Shown here: positions 23,701-38,813 of the stretch, in pieces | Layout of the letters: every line of letters starts with the position of its first letter | Position numbering within the stretch: position 1 is the first letter of the stretch | Assembly (NCBI GenBank): GCA_964035545.1 | Contig: CAXIUT010000073.1 | Coordinates: forward strand, 1-64,000 | Reading direction: 5' to 3' | DNA from: Bugula neritina | Lineage: Eukaryota; Animalia; Bryozoa | Length of the DNA: 64,000 nt | Position numbers and translations under genes: made by a program | Notes under the pieces: generated by a model | What the model was told of the DNA's origin: nothing | Databases searched by the model: none | The model's input: only the letters and a program-made list of their open reading frames with translations

Positions 23701-26700
23701 CTACAGTATACGATTTGAAGCTTTATTGTTTACAGGCAGTCGAGATGAGTCACTGCTGAAACCCATTTTATTAGTAGACTATATTGCTCTTTAATCATCA
23801 GTTTTCATATTAAAACAAACAGCTCATCTGCAGCGCCATTTCACAGTATTATACTTTGCTAGAGCAATAACTAATTTTAGATGCCTTTGCAAACATATGA
23901 GAAATAAATGAGTCATTTTATGAAAAGAGGTGTTTGAAGCAATTGTCCACTTTTGATTTAGACGCGGCATGGAAACTTTTGTAGTTTCAAATAATATCTC
24001 CAAACTCATCACTTGCATGTGTTTATATGCTTGATAAAGTTTTTCATGCAAAACTTGATGCCTGCTTCAAAGACACCAGTGCTTAATTACTGTGTTAACT
24101 GTATTGGCACGTTGCCATTTGAGATTTGGTAATATTTCGCATCACAACAAACTCTTCAGAAAGTTAAGAAAATTAGTCTAGAAAGTTAATGAAATAAACC
24201 TACCAGAGAGAGTAAGCCAGATGTAACAAGTAGATCCAAAACAAGTTGATTAACAATTGAAGTTGAAATATCCATGTAGTGAACACTTTAGTCCTAATGT
24301 CAAATGCAAACGTCTGCAACCAAACTGTGTAGACTTCATGAGCTGGTTAGCTGACAGGACTCATTAAAGTTCTTAACTCTTGTGTGTATAGTGATGCCCA
24401 TCTTGAACTAGAGAGGGCTGACTGAAGACTGCTACTTTGTGAAAATTGACAATGCATATTATTATTATTCATTGTTGAGATTCACGGCTGCCATAAACAA
24501 TGATAAAATATTCATTGTTGGTACTAGTGAGTAGAATAAAATATAATATAATAATTTCTTGACAGATAAATAATATCATATACAGAATATAACTTACCAT
24601 AACTCTACAGTGCTTCACCTCTTCAACTTTTTCGGCAATGTTATTTCCTACTAGTTAGAAGTACTAGCTGAATATAGGACTTTGAAACACAACCCTTCAA
24701 TTCCATTGCACCAGCACCGGTTGCAAGATAGGTGTGTTGGGAGTTATCTTTCCTAAAATTTTGTTCTTGGCGTTTATACGAAACAGACACAGGCTAATAT
24801 TAGTTCTGTTATTTGCAAGAGTTTTTCTGTCTGGTTGTCCATCAGCAAATTTTTGCGCCTTGCAGTTTTTATGGAAATACTAGTGATGCTGGAAGACCTT
24901 TGCATTGTACACCCGCCTTCACTATTGAATTTAGATGTTTTATTTTCCCATCCCCTCTCCTGCCCCCCTGTCCCCTTTAACAACCAGCAATCCTGACTCA
25001 TGTGAAATGTGTTATTGTTTTAGAGTTGGACCATGGGCCTACAGTATACGATTTGAAGCTTTATTGTTTACAGGCAGTCGAGATGAGTCACTGCTGAAAC
25101 CCATTTTATTAGTAGACTATATTGCTCTTTAATCATCAGTTTTCATATTAAAACAAACAGCTCATCTGCAGCGCCATTTCACAGTATTATACTTTGCTAG
25201 AGCAATAACTAATTTTAGATGCCTTTGCAAACATATGAGAAATAAATGAGTCATTTTATGAAAAGAGGTGTTTGCAGCAATTGTCCACTTTTGATTTAGA
25301 CGCGGCATGGAAACTTTTGTAGTTTTAAATAATATCTCCAAACTCATCACTTGCATGTGTTTATATGCTTGATAAAGTTTTTCATGCAAAACTTGATGCC
25401 TGCTTCAAAGACACCAGTGCTTAATTACTGTGTTAACTGTATTGGCACGTTGCCATTTGAGATTTGGTAATATTTCGCATCACAACAAACTCTTCAGAAA
25501 GTTAAGAAAATTAGTCTAGAAAGTTAATGAAATAAACCTACCAGAGAGAGTAAGCCAGATGTAACAAGTAGATCCAAAACAAGTTGATTAACAATTGAAG
25601 TTGAAATATCCATGTAGTGAACACTTTAGTCCTAATGTCAAATGCAAACGTCTGCAACCAAACTGTGTAGACTTCATGAGCTGGTTAGCTGACAGGACTC
25701 ATTAAAGTTCTTAACTCTTGTGTGTATAGTGATGCCCATCTTGAACTAGAGAGGGCTGACTGAAGACTGCTACTTTGTGAAAATTGACAATGCATATTAT
25801 TATTATTCATTGTTGAGATTCACGGCTGCCATAAACAATGATAAAATATTCATTGTTGGTACTAGTGAGTAGAATAAAATATAATATAATAATTTCTTGA
25901 CAGATAAATAATATCATATACAGAATCTAACTTACCATAACTCTACAGTGCTTCACCTCTTCAACTTTTTCGGCAATGTTATTTCCTTCTAGTTAAAAGT
26001 ACTAGCTGAATATTAGACTTTGAAACATAACCCTTCAATTCCATTGCACCAGCACCGGTTGCAAGATAGGTGTGTTGGGAGTTATCTTTCCTAAAATTTT
26101 GTTCTTGGCGTTTATACGAAACAGACACAGGCTAATATTAGTTCTGTTATTTGCAAGAGTTTTTCTGTCTGGTTGTCCATCAGCAAAATTTTGCGCCTTG
26201 CAGTTTTTATGGAAATACCAGTGATGCTGGAAGACCTTTGCATTGTACACCCGCCTTCACTATTGAATTTAGATGTTTTATTTTCCCATCCCCTCTCCTG
26301 CCCCCCTGTCCCCTCTAACAACCAGCAATCCTGACTCATGTGAAATGTGTTATTGTTTTAGAGTTGGACCATGGGCCTACAGTATACGATTTGAAGCTTT
26401 ATTGTTTACAGGCAGTCGAGATGAGTCACTGCTGAAACCCATTTTATTAGTAGACTATATTGCTCTTTAATCATCAGTTTTCATATTAAAACAGAAAGCT
26501 CATCTGCAGCGCCATTTCACAGTATTATACTTTGCTAGAGCAATAACTAATTTTAGATGCCTTTGCAAACATATGAGAAATAAATGAGTCATTTTATGAA
26601 AAGAGGTGTTTGAAGCAATTGTCCACTTTTGATTTAGACGCGGCATGGAAACTTTTGTAGTTTCAAATAATATCTCCAAACTCATCACTTGCATGTGTTT

Positions 26701-29700
26701 ATATGCTTGATAAAGTTTTTCATGCAAAACTTGATGCCTGCTTCAAAGACACCAGTGCTTAATTACTGTGTTAACTGTATTGGCACGTTGCCATTTGAGA
26801 TTTGGTAATATTTCGCATCACAACAAACTCTTCAGAAAGTTAAGAAAATTAGTCTAGAAAGTTAATGAAATAAACCTACCAGAGAGAGTAAGCCAGATGT
26901 AACAAGTAGATCCAAAACAAGTTGATTAACAATTGAAGTTGAAATCTCCATGTAGTGAACACTTTAGTCCTAATGTCAAATGCAAACGTCTGCAACCAAA
27001 CTGTGTAGACTTCATGAGCTGGTTAGCTGACAGGACTCATTAAAGTTCTTAACTCTTGTGTGTATAGTGATGCCCATCTTGAACTAGAGAGGGCTGACTG
27101 AAGACTGCTACTTTGTGAAAATTGACAATGCATATTATTATTATTCATTGTTGAGATTCACGGCTGCCATAAACAATGATAAAATATTCATTGTTGGTAC
27201 TAGTGAGTAGAATAAAATATAATATAATAATTTCTTGACAGATAAATAATATCATATACAGAATATAACTTACCATAACTCTACAGTGCTTCACCTCTTC
27301 AACTTTTTCGGCAATGTTATTTCCTACTAGTTAGAAGTACTAGCTGAATATAGGACTTTGAAACACAACCCTTCAATTCCATTGCACCAGCACCGGTTGC
27401 AAGATAGGTGTGTTGGGAGTTATCTTTCCTAAAATTTTGTTCTTGGCGTTTATACGAAACAGACACAGGCTAATATTAGTTCTGTTATTTGCAAGAGTTT
27501 TTCTGTCTGGTTGTCCATCAGCAAATTTTTGCGCCTTGCAGTTTTTATGGAAATACTAGTGATGCTGGAAGACCTTTGCATTGTACACCCGCCTTCACTA
27601 TTGAATTTAGATGTTTTATTTTCCCATCCCCTCTCCTGCCCCCCTGTCCCCTTTAACAACCAGCAATCCTGACTCATGTGAAATGTGTTATTGTTTTAGA
27701 GTTGGACCATGGGCCTACAGTATACGATTTGAAGCTTTATTGTTTACAGGCAGTCGAGATGAGTCACTGCTGAAACCCATTTTATTAGTAGACTATATTG
27801 CTCTTTAATCATCAGTTTTCATATTAAAACAAACAGCTCATCTGCAGCGCCATTTCACAGTATTATACTTTGCTAGAGCAATAACTAATTTTAGATGCCT
27901 TTGCAAACATATGAGAAATAAATGAGTCATTTTATGAAAAGAGGTGTTTGCAGCAATTGTCCACTTTTGATTTAGACGCGGCATGGAAACTTTTGTAGTT
28001 TTAAATAATATCTCCAAACTCATCACTTGCATGTGTTTATATGCTTGATAAAGTTTTTCATGCAAAACTTGATGCCTGCTTCAAAGACACCAGTGCTTAA
28101 TTACTGTGTTAACTGTATTGGCACGTTGCCATTTGAGATTTGGTAATATTTCGCATCACAACAAACTCTTCAGAAAGTTAAGAAAATTAGTCTAGAAAGT
28201 TAATGAAATAAACCTACCAGAGAGAGTAAGCCAGATGTAACAAGTAGATCCAAAACAAGTTGATTAACAATTGAAGTTGAAATATCCATGTAGTGAACAC
28301 TTTAGTCCTAATGTCAAATGCAAACGTCTGCAACCAAACTGTGTAGACTTCATGAGCTGGTTAGCTGACAGGACTCATTAAAGTTCTTAACTCTTGTGTG
28401 TATAGTGATGCCCATCTTGAACTAGAGAGGGCTGACTGAAGACTGCTACTTTGTGAAAATTGACAATGCATATTATTATTATTCATTGTTGAGATTCACG
28501 GCTGCCATAAACAATGATAAAATATTCATTGTTGGTACTAGTGAGTAGAATAAAATATAATATAATAATTTCTTGACAGATAAATAATATCATATACAGA
28601 ATCTAACTTACCATAACTCTACAGTGCTTCACCTCTTCAACTTTTTCGGCAATGTTATTTCCTTCTAGTTAAAAGTACTAGCTGAATATTAGACTTTGAA
28701 ACATAACCCTTCAATTCCATTGCACCAGCACCGGTTGCAAGATAGGTGTGTTGGGAGTTATCTTTCCTAAAATTTTGTTCTTGGCGTTTATACGAAACAG
28801 ACACAGGCTAATATTAGTTCTGTTATTTGCAAGAGTTTTTCTGTCTGGTTGTCCATCAGCAAAATTTTGCGCCTTGCAGTTTTTATGGAAATACCAGTGA
28901 TGCTGGAAGACCTTTGCATTGTACACCCGCCTTCACTATTGAATTTAGATGTTTTATTTTCCCATCCCCTCTCCTGCCCCCCTGTCCCCTCTAACAACCA
29001 GCAATCCTGACTCATGTGAAATGTGTTATTGTTTTAGAGTTGGACCATGGGCCTACAGTATACGATTTGAAGCTTTATTGTTTACAGGCAGTCGAGATGA
29101 GTCACTGCTGAAACCCATTTTATTAGTAGACTATATTGCTCTTTAATCATCAGTTTTCATATTAAAACAGAAAGCTCATCTGCAGCGCCATTTCACAGTA
29201 TTATACTTTGCTAGAGCAATAACTAATTTTAGATGCCTTTGCAAACATATGAGAAATAAATGAGTCATTTTATGAAAAGAGGTGTTTGAAGCAATTGTCC
29301 ACTTTTGATTTAGACGCGGCATGGAAACTTTTGTAGTTTCAAATAATATCTCCAAACTCATCACTTGCATGTGTTTATATGCTTGATAAAGTTTTTCATG
29401 CAAAACTTGATGCCTGCTTCAAAGACACCAGTGCTTAATTACTGTGTTAACTGTATTGGCACGTTGCCATTTGAGATTTGGTAATATTTCGCATCACAAC
29501 AAACTCTTCAGAAAGTTAAGAAAATTAGTCTAGAAAGTTAATGAAATAAACCTACCAGAGAGAGTAAGCCAGATGTAACAAGTAGATCCAAAACAAGTTG
29601 ATTAACAATTGAAGTTGAAATCTCCATGTAGTGAACACTTTAGTCCTAATGTCAAATGCAAACGTCTGCAACCAAACTGTGTAGACTTCATGAGCTGGTT

Positions 29701-32700
29701 AGCTGACAGGACTCATTAAAGTTCTTAACTCTTGTGTGTATAGTGATGCCCATCTTGAACTAGAGAGGGCTGACTGAAGACTGCTACTTTGTGAAAATTG
29801 ACAATGCATATTATTATTATTCATTGTTGAGATTCACGGCTGCCATAAACAATGATAAAATATTCATTGTTGGTACTAGTGAGTAGAATAAAATATAATA
29901 TAATAATTTCTTGACAGATAAATAATATCATATACAGAATATAACTTACCATAACTCTACAGTGCTTCACCTCTTCAACTTTTTCGGCAATGTTATTTCC
30001 TACTAGTTAGAAGTACTAGCTGAATATAGGACTTTGAAACACAACCCTTCAATTCCATTGCACCAGCACCGGTTGCAAGATAGGTGTGTTGGGAGTTATC
30101 TTTCCTAAAATTTTGTTCTTGGCGTTTATACGAAACAGACACAGGCTAATATTAGTTCTGTTATTTGCAAGAGTTTTTCTGTCTGGTTGTCCATCAGCAA
30201 ATTTTTGCGCCTTGCAGTTTTTATGGAAATACTAGTGATGCTGGAAGACCTTTGCATTGTACACCCGCCTTCACTATTGAGTTTAGATGTTTTATTTTCC
30301 CATCCCCCTCCTGCCCCCCTGTCCCCTCTAACAACCAGCAATCCTGACTCATGTGAAATGTGTTATTGTTTTAGAGTTGGACCATGGGCCTACAGTATAC
30401 GATTTGAAGCTTTATTGTTTACAGGCAGTCGAGATGAGTCACTGCTGAAACCCATTTTATTAGTAGACTATATTGCTCTTTAATCATCAGTTTTCATATT
30501 ATAACAGAAAGCTCATCTGCAGCGCCATTTCACAGTATTATACTTTGCTAGAGCAATAACTAATTTTAGATGCCTTTGCAAACATATGAGAAATAAATGA
30601 GTCATTTTATGAAAAGAGGTGTTTGCAGCACTTGTCCACTTTTGATTTACACGTGGCATGGAAACTTTTGTAGTTTTAAATAATATCTCCAAACTCATCA
30701 CTTGCATGTGTTTATATACATGATAAAGTTTTTCATGCAAAACTTGATGCCTGCTTCAAAGACACCAGTGCTTGATTACTGTGTTAACTGTATTGGCACG
30801 TTGCCATTTGATATTTGGTAATATTTCGCATCACAACAAACTCTTCAGAAAGTTAAGAAAATTAGTCTAGAAAGTTAATGAAATAAACCTACCAGAGAGA
30901 GTAAGCCAGATGTAACAAGTAGATCCAAAACAAGTTGATTAACAATTGAAGTTGAAATCTCCATGTAGTGAACACTTTAGTCCTAATGTCAAATGCAAAC
31001 GTCTGCAACCAAACTGTGTAGACTTCATGAGCTGGTTAGCTGACAGGACTCATTAAAGTTCTTAACTCTTGTGTGTATAGTGATGCCCATCTTGAACTAG
31101 AGAGGGCTGACTGAAGACTGCTACTTTGTGAAAATTGACAATGCATATTATTATTATTCATTGTTGAGATTCACGGCTGCCATAAACAATGATAAAATAT
31201 TCATTGTTGGTACTAGTGAGTAGAATAAAATATAATATAATAATTTCTTGACAGATAAATAATATCATATACAGAATCTAACTTACCATAACTCTACAGT
31301 GCTTCACCTCTTCAACTTTTTCGGCAATGTTATTTCCTTCTAGTTAAAAGTACTAGCTGAATATTAGACTTTGAAACATAACCCTTCAATTTCATTGCAC
31401 CAGCACCGGTTGCAAGATAGGTGTGTTGGGAGTTATCTTTCCTAAAAATTTGTTTTCAGCGTTTATACGAAGCAGACACAGGCTAATATTAATTTTGTTA
31501 TTTGCAAGAGTTTTTCTGTCTGGTTGTCCATCAGCAAAATTTTGCGCCTTGCAGTTTTTATGGAAATACCAGTGATGCTGGAAGACCTTTGCATTGTACA
31601 CCCGCCTTTACTATTGCATTTAGATGTTTTATTTTCCCATCCCCTCTCCTGCCCCCCTGTCCCCTTTAACAACCAGCAATCCTGACTCATGTGAAATGTG
31701 TTATTGTTTTAGAGTTGGACCATGGGCCTACAGTATACGATTTGAAGCTTTATTGTTTACAGGCAGTCGAGATGAGTCACTGCTGAAACCCATTTTATTA
31801 GTAGACTATATTGCTCTTTAATCATCAGTTTTCATATTAAAACAAACAGCTCGTCTGCAGCGCCATTTCACAGTATTATACTTTGCTAGAGCAATAACTA
31901 ATTTTAGATGCCTTTGCAAACATATGAGAAATAAATGAGTCATTTTATGAAAAGAGGTGTTTGAAGCAATTGTCCACTTTTGATTTAGACGCGGCATGGA
32001 AACTTTTGTAGTTTCAAATAATATCTCCAAACTCATCACTTGCATGTGTTTATATGCTTGATAAAGTTTTTCATGCAAAACTTGATGCCTGCTTCAAAGA
32101 CACCAGTGCTTAATTACTGTGTTAACTGTATTGGCACGTTGCCATTTGAGATTTGGTAATATTTCGCATCACAACAAACTCTTCAGAAAGTTAAGAAAAT
32201 TAGTCTAGAAAGTTAATGAAATAAACCTACCAGAGAGAGTAAGCCAGATGTAACAAGTAGATCCAAAACAAGTTGATTAACAATTGAAGTTGAAATCTCC
32301 ATGTAGTGAACACTTTAGTCCTAATGTCAAATGCAAACGTCTGCAACCAAACTGTGTAGACTTCATGAGCTGGTTAGCTGACAGGACTCATTAAAGTTCT
32401 TAACTCTTGTGTGTATAGTGATGCCCATCTTGAACTAGAGAGGGCTGACTGAAGACTGCTACTTTGTGAAAATTGACAATGCATATTATTATTATTCATT
32501 GTTGAGATTCACGGCTGCCATAAACAATGATAAAATATTCATTGTTGGTACTAGTGAGTAGAATAAAATATAATATAATAATTTCTTGACAGATAAATAA
32601 TATCATATACAGAATATAACTTACCATAACTCTACAGTGCTTCACCTCTTCAACTTTTTCGGCAATGTTATTTCCTACTAGTTAGAAGTACTAGCTGAAT

Positions 32701-35700
32701 ATAGGACTTTGAAACACAACCCTTCAATTCCATTGCACCAGCACCGGTTGCAAGATAGGTGTGTTGGGAGTTATCTTTCCTAAAATTTTGTTCTTGGCGT
32801 TTATACGAAACAGACACAGGCTAATATTAGTTCTGTTATTTGCAAGAGTTTTTCTGTCTGGTTGTCCATCAGCAAATTTTTGCGCCTTGCAGTTTTTATG
32901 GAAATACTAGTGATGCTGGAAGACCTTTGCATTGTACACCCGCCTTCACTATTGAATTTAGATGTTTTATTTTCCCATCCCCTCTCCTGCCCCCCTGTCC
33001 CCTCTAACAACCAGCAATCCTGACTCATGTGAAATGTGTTATTGTTTTAGAGTTGGACCATGGGCCTACAGTATACGATTTGAAGCTTTATTGTTTACAG
33101 GCAGTCGAGATGAGTCACTGCTGAAACCCATTTTATTAGTAGACTATATTGCTCTTTAATCATCAGTTTTCATATTATAACAGAAAGCTCATCTGCAGCG
33201 CCATTTCACAGTATTATACTTTGCTAGAGCAATAACTAATTTTAGATGCCTTTGCAAACATATGAGAAATAAATGAGTCATTTTATGAAAAGAGGTGTTT
33301 GCAGCACTTGTCCACTTTTGATTTACACGTGGCATGGAAACTTTTGTAGTTTTAAATAATATCTCCAAACTCATCACTTGCATGTGTTTATATACATGAT
33401 AAAGTTTTTCATGCAAAACTTGATGCCTGCTTCAAAGACACCAGTGCTTGATTACTGTGTTAACTGTATTGGCACGTTGCCATTTGATATTTGGTAATAT
33501 TTCGCATCACAACAAACTCTTCAGAAAGTTAAGAAAATTAGTCTAGAAAGTTAATGAAATAAACCTACCAGAGAGGGTAAGCCAGATGTAACAAGTAGAT
33601 CCAAAACAAGTTGATTAACAATTGAAGTTGAAATCTCCATGTAGTGAACACTTTAGTCCTAATGTCATATGCAAACGTCTGCAACCAAACTGTGTAGACT
33701 TCATGAGCTGGTTAGCTGACAGGACTCATTAAAGTTCTTAACTCTTGTGTGTATAGTGATGCCCATCTTGAACTAGAGAGGGCTGACTGAAGACTGCTAC
33801 TTTGTGAAAATTGACAATGCATATTATTATTATTCATTGTTGAGATTCACGGCTGCCATAAACAATGATAAAATATTCATTGTTGGTACTAGTGAGTAGA
33901 ATAAAATATAATATAATAATTTCTTGACAGATAAATAATATCATATACAGAATCTAACTTACCATAACTCTACAGTGCTTCACCTCTTCAACTTTTTCGG
34001 CAATGTTATTTCCTTCTAGTTAAAAGTACTAGCTGAATATTAGACTTTGAAACATAACCCTTCAATTTCATTGCACCAGCACCGGTTGCAAGATAGGTGT
34101 GTTGGGAGTTATCTTTCCTAAAAATTTGTTTTCGGCGTTTATACGAAGCAGACACAGGCTAATATTAATTTTGTTATTTGCAAGAGTTTTTCTGTCTGGT
34201 TGTCCATCAGCAAAATTTTGCGCCTTGCAGTTTTTATGGAAATACCAGTGATGCTGGAAGACCTTTGCATTGTACACCCGCCTTTACTATTGAATTTAGA
34301 TGTTTTATTTTCCCATCCCCTCTCCTGCCCCCCTGTCCCCTTTAACAACCAGCAATCCTGACTCATGTGAAATGTGTTATTGTTTTAGAGTTGGACCATG
34401 GGCCTACAGTATACGATTTGAAGCTTTATTGTTTACAGGCAGTCGAGATGAGTCACTGCTGAAACCCATTTTATTAGTAGACTATATTGCTCTTTAATCA
34501 TCAGTTTTCATATTAAAACAAACAGCTCATCTGCAGCGCCATTTCACAGTATTATACTTTGCTAGAGCAATAACTAATTTTAGATGCCTTTGCAAACATA
34601 TGAGAAATAAATGAGTCATTTTATGAAAAGAGGTGTTTGCAGCAATTGTCCACTTTTGATTTAGACGCGGCATGGAAACTTTTGTAGTTTTAAATAATAT
34701 CTCCAAACTCATCACTTGCATGTGTTTATATGCTTGATAAAGTTTTTCATGCAAAACTTGATGCCTGCTTCAAAGACACCAGTGCTTAATTACTGTGTTA
34801 ACTGTATTGGCACGTTGCCATTTGATATTTGGTAATATTTCGCATCACAACAAACTCTTCAGAAAGTTAAGAAAATTAGTCTAGAAAGTTAATGAAATAA
34901 ACCTACCAGAGAGAGTAAGCCAGATGTAACAAGTAGATCCAAAACAAGTTGATTAACAATTGAAGTTGAAATATCCATGTAGTGAACACTTTAGTCCTAA
35001 TGTCAAATGCAAACGTCTGCAACCAAACTGTGTAGACTTCATGAGCTGGTTAGCTGACAGGACTCATTAAAGTTCTTAACTCTTGTGTGTATAGTGATGC
35101 CCATCTTGAACTAGAGAGGGCTGACTGAAGACTGCTACTTTGTGAAAATTGACAATGCATATTATTATTATTCATTGTTGAGATTCACGGCTGCCATAAA
35201 CAATGATAAAATATTCATTGTTGGTACTAGTGAGTAGAATAAAATATAATATAATAATTTCTTGACAGATAAATAATATCATATACAGAATCTAACTTAC
35301 CATAACTCTACAGTGCTTCACCTCTTCAACTTTTTCGGCAATGTTATTTCCTACTAGTTAGAAGTACTAGCTGAATATAGGACTTTGAAACACAACCCTT
35401 CAATTCCATTACACCAGCACCGGTTGCAAGATAGGTGTGTTGGGAGTTATCTTTCCTAAAATTTTGTTCTTGGCGTTTATACGAAACAGACACAGGCTAA
35501 TATTAGTTTTGTTATTTGCAAGAGTTTTTCTGTCTGGTTGTCCATCAGCAAAATTTTGCGCCTTGCAGTTTTTATGGAAATACCAGTGATGCTGGAAGAC
35601 CTTTGCATTGTACACCCGCCTTTACTATTGAATTTAGATGTTTTATTTTCCCATCCCCTCTCCTGCCCCCCTGTCCCCTCTAACAACCAGCAAACCTGAC

Positions 35701-38700
35701 TCATGTGAAATGTGTTATTGTTTTAGAGTTGGACCATGGGCCTACAGTATACGATTTGAAGCTTTATTGTTTACAGGCAGTCGAGATGAGTCACTGCTGA
35801 AACCCATTTTATTAGTAGACTATATTGCTCTTTAATCATCAGTTTTCATATTAAAACAAACAGCTCATCTGCAGCGCCATTTCACAGTATTATACTTTGC
35901 TAGAGCAATAACTAATTTTAGATGCCTTTGCAAACATATGAGAAATAAATGAGTCATTTTATGAAAAGAGGTGTTTGCAGCAATTGTCCACTTTTGATTT
36001 AGACGCGGCATGGAAACTTTTGTAGTTTTAAATAATATTTCCAAACTCATCACTTGCATGTGTTTATATGCTTGATAAAGTTTTTCATGCAAAACTTGAT
36101 GCCTGCTTCAAAGACACCAGTGCTTAATTACTGTGTTAACTGTATTGGCACGTTGCCATTTGATATTTGGTAATATTTCGCATCACAACAAACTCTTCAG
36201 AAAGTTAAGAAAATTAGTCTAGAAAGTTAATGAAATAAACCTACCAGAGAGAGTAAGCCAGATGTAACAAGTAGATCCAAAACAAGTTGATTAACAATTG
36301 AAGTTGAAATCTCCATGTAGTGAACACTTTAGTCCTAATGTCAAATGCAAACGTCTGCAACCAAACTGTGTAGACTTCATGAGCTGGTTAGCTGACAGGA
36401 CTCATTAAAGTTCTTAACTCTTGTGTGTATAGTGATGCCCATCTTGAACTAGAGAGGGCTGACTGAAGACTGCTACTTTGTGAAAATTGACAATGCATAT
36501 TATTATTATTCATTGTTGAGATTCACGGCTGCCATAAACAATGATAAAATATTCATTGTTGGTACTAGTGAGTAGAATAAAATATAATATAATAATTTCT
36601 TGACAGATAACCAATATCATATACAGAATATAACTTACCATAACTCTACAGTGCTTCACCTCTTCAACTTTTTCGGCAATGTCATTTCCTACTAGTTAGA
36701 AGTACTAGCTGAATATAGGACTTTGAAACACAACCCTTCAATTCCATTGCACCAGCACCGGTTGCAAGATAGGTGTGTTGGGAGTTATCTTTCCTAAAAT
36801 TTTGTTCTTGGCGTTTATACGAAACAGACACAGGCTAATATTAGTTCTGTTATTTGCAAGAGTTTTTCTGTCTGGTTGTCCATCAGCAAAATTTTGCGCC
36901 TTGCAGTTTTTATGGAAATACCAGTGATGCTGGAAGACCTTTGCATTGTACACCCGCCTTCACTATTGAATTTAGATGTTTTATTTTCCCATCCCCTCTC
37001 CTGCCCCCCTGTCCCCTCTAACAACCAGCAATCCTGACTCATGTGAAATGTGTTATTGTTTTAGAGTTGGACCATGGGCCTACAGTATACGATTTGAAGC
37101 TTTATTGTTTACAGGCAGTCGAGATGAGTCACTGCTGAAACCCATTTTATTAGTAGACTATATTGCTCTTTAATCATCAGTTTTCATATTAAAACAGAAA
37201 GCTCATCTGCAGCGCCATTTCACAGTATTATACTTTGCTAGAGCAATAACTAATTTTAGATGCCTTTGCAAACATATGAGAAATAAATGAGTCATTTTAT
37301 GAAAAGAGGTGTTTGCAGCACTTGTCCACTTTTGATTTACACGTGGCATGGAAACTTTTGTAGTTTTAAATAATATCTCCAAACTCATCACTTGCATGTG
37401 TTTATATACATGATAAAGTTTTTCATGCAAAACTTGATGCCTGCTTCAAAGACACCAGTGCTTGATTACTGTGTTAACTGTATTGGCACGTTGCCATTTG
37501 ATATTTGGTAATATTTCGCATCACAACAAACTCTTCAGAAAGTTAAGAAAATTAGTCTAGAAAGTTAATGAAATAAACCTACCAGAGAGAGTAAGCCAGA
37601 TGTAACAAGTAGATCCAAAACAAGTTGATTAACAATTGAAGTTGAAATCTCCATGTAGTGAACACTTTAGTCCTAATGTCAAATGCAAACGTCTGCAACC
37701 AAACTGTGTAGACTTCATGAGCTGGTTAGCTGACAGGACTCATTAAAGTTCTTAACTCTTGTGTGTATAGTGTTGCCCATCTTGAACTAGAGAGGGCTGA
37801 CTGAAGACTGCTACTTTGTGAAAATTGACAATGCATATTATTATTATTCATTGTTGAGATTCACGGCTGCCATAAACAATGATAAAATATTCATTGTTGG
37901 TACTAGTGAGTAGAATAAAATATAATATAATAATTTCTTGACAGATAAATAATATCATATACAGAATCTAACTTACCATAACTCTACAGTGCTTCACCTC
38001 TTCAACTTTTTCGGCAATGTTATTTCCTTCTAGTTAAAAGTACTAGCTGAATATTAGACTTTGAAACATAACCCTTCAATTCCATTGCACCAGCACCGGT
38101 TGCAAGATAGGTGTGTTGGGAGTTATCTTTCCTAAAATTTTGTTCTTGGCGTTTATACGAAACAGACACAGGCTAATATTAGTTCTGTTATTTGCAAGAG
38201 TTTTTCTGTCTGGTTGTCCATCAGCAAAATTTTGCGCCTTGCAGTTTTTATGGAAATACCAGTGATGCTGGAAGACCTTTGCATTGTACACCCGCCTTCA
38301 CTATTGAGTTTAGATGTTTTATTTTCCCATCCCCTCTCCTGCCCCCCTGTCCCCTCTAACAACCAGCAATCCTGACTCATGTGAAATGTGTTATTGTTTT
38401 AGAGTTGGACCATGGGCCTACAGTATACGATTTGAAGCTTTATTGTTTACAGGCAGTCGAGATGAGTCACTGCTGAAACCCATTTTATTAGTAGACTATA
38501 TTGCTCTTTAATCATCAGTTTTCATATTAAAACAGAAAGCTCATCTGCAGCGCCATTTCACAGTATTATACTTTGCTAGAGCAATAACTAATTTTAGATG
38601 CCTTTGCAAACATATGAGAAATAAATGAGTCATTTTATGAAAAGAGGTGTTTGCAGCACTTGTCCACTTTTGATTTACACGTGGCATGGAAACTTTTGTA

Positions 38701-38813
38701 GTTTTAAATAATATCTCCAAACTCATCACTTGCATGTGTTTATATACATGATAAAGTTTTTCATGCAAAACTTGATGCCTGCTTCAAAGACACCAGTGCT
38801 TGATTACTGTGTT
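14731..38813. repeat. Mosaic domain without A monomers; local 2-mer and 4-mer periodicities
   Basis: Copies 12-29 are all 1338 bp except copy 23 (1337 bp). A 'C' variant (GCAAATTTTTGC + ATACTAGTG) occurs in copies 12, 16, 19, 21, 23 and 25. Confidence 0.88.
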
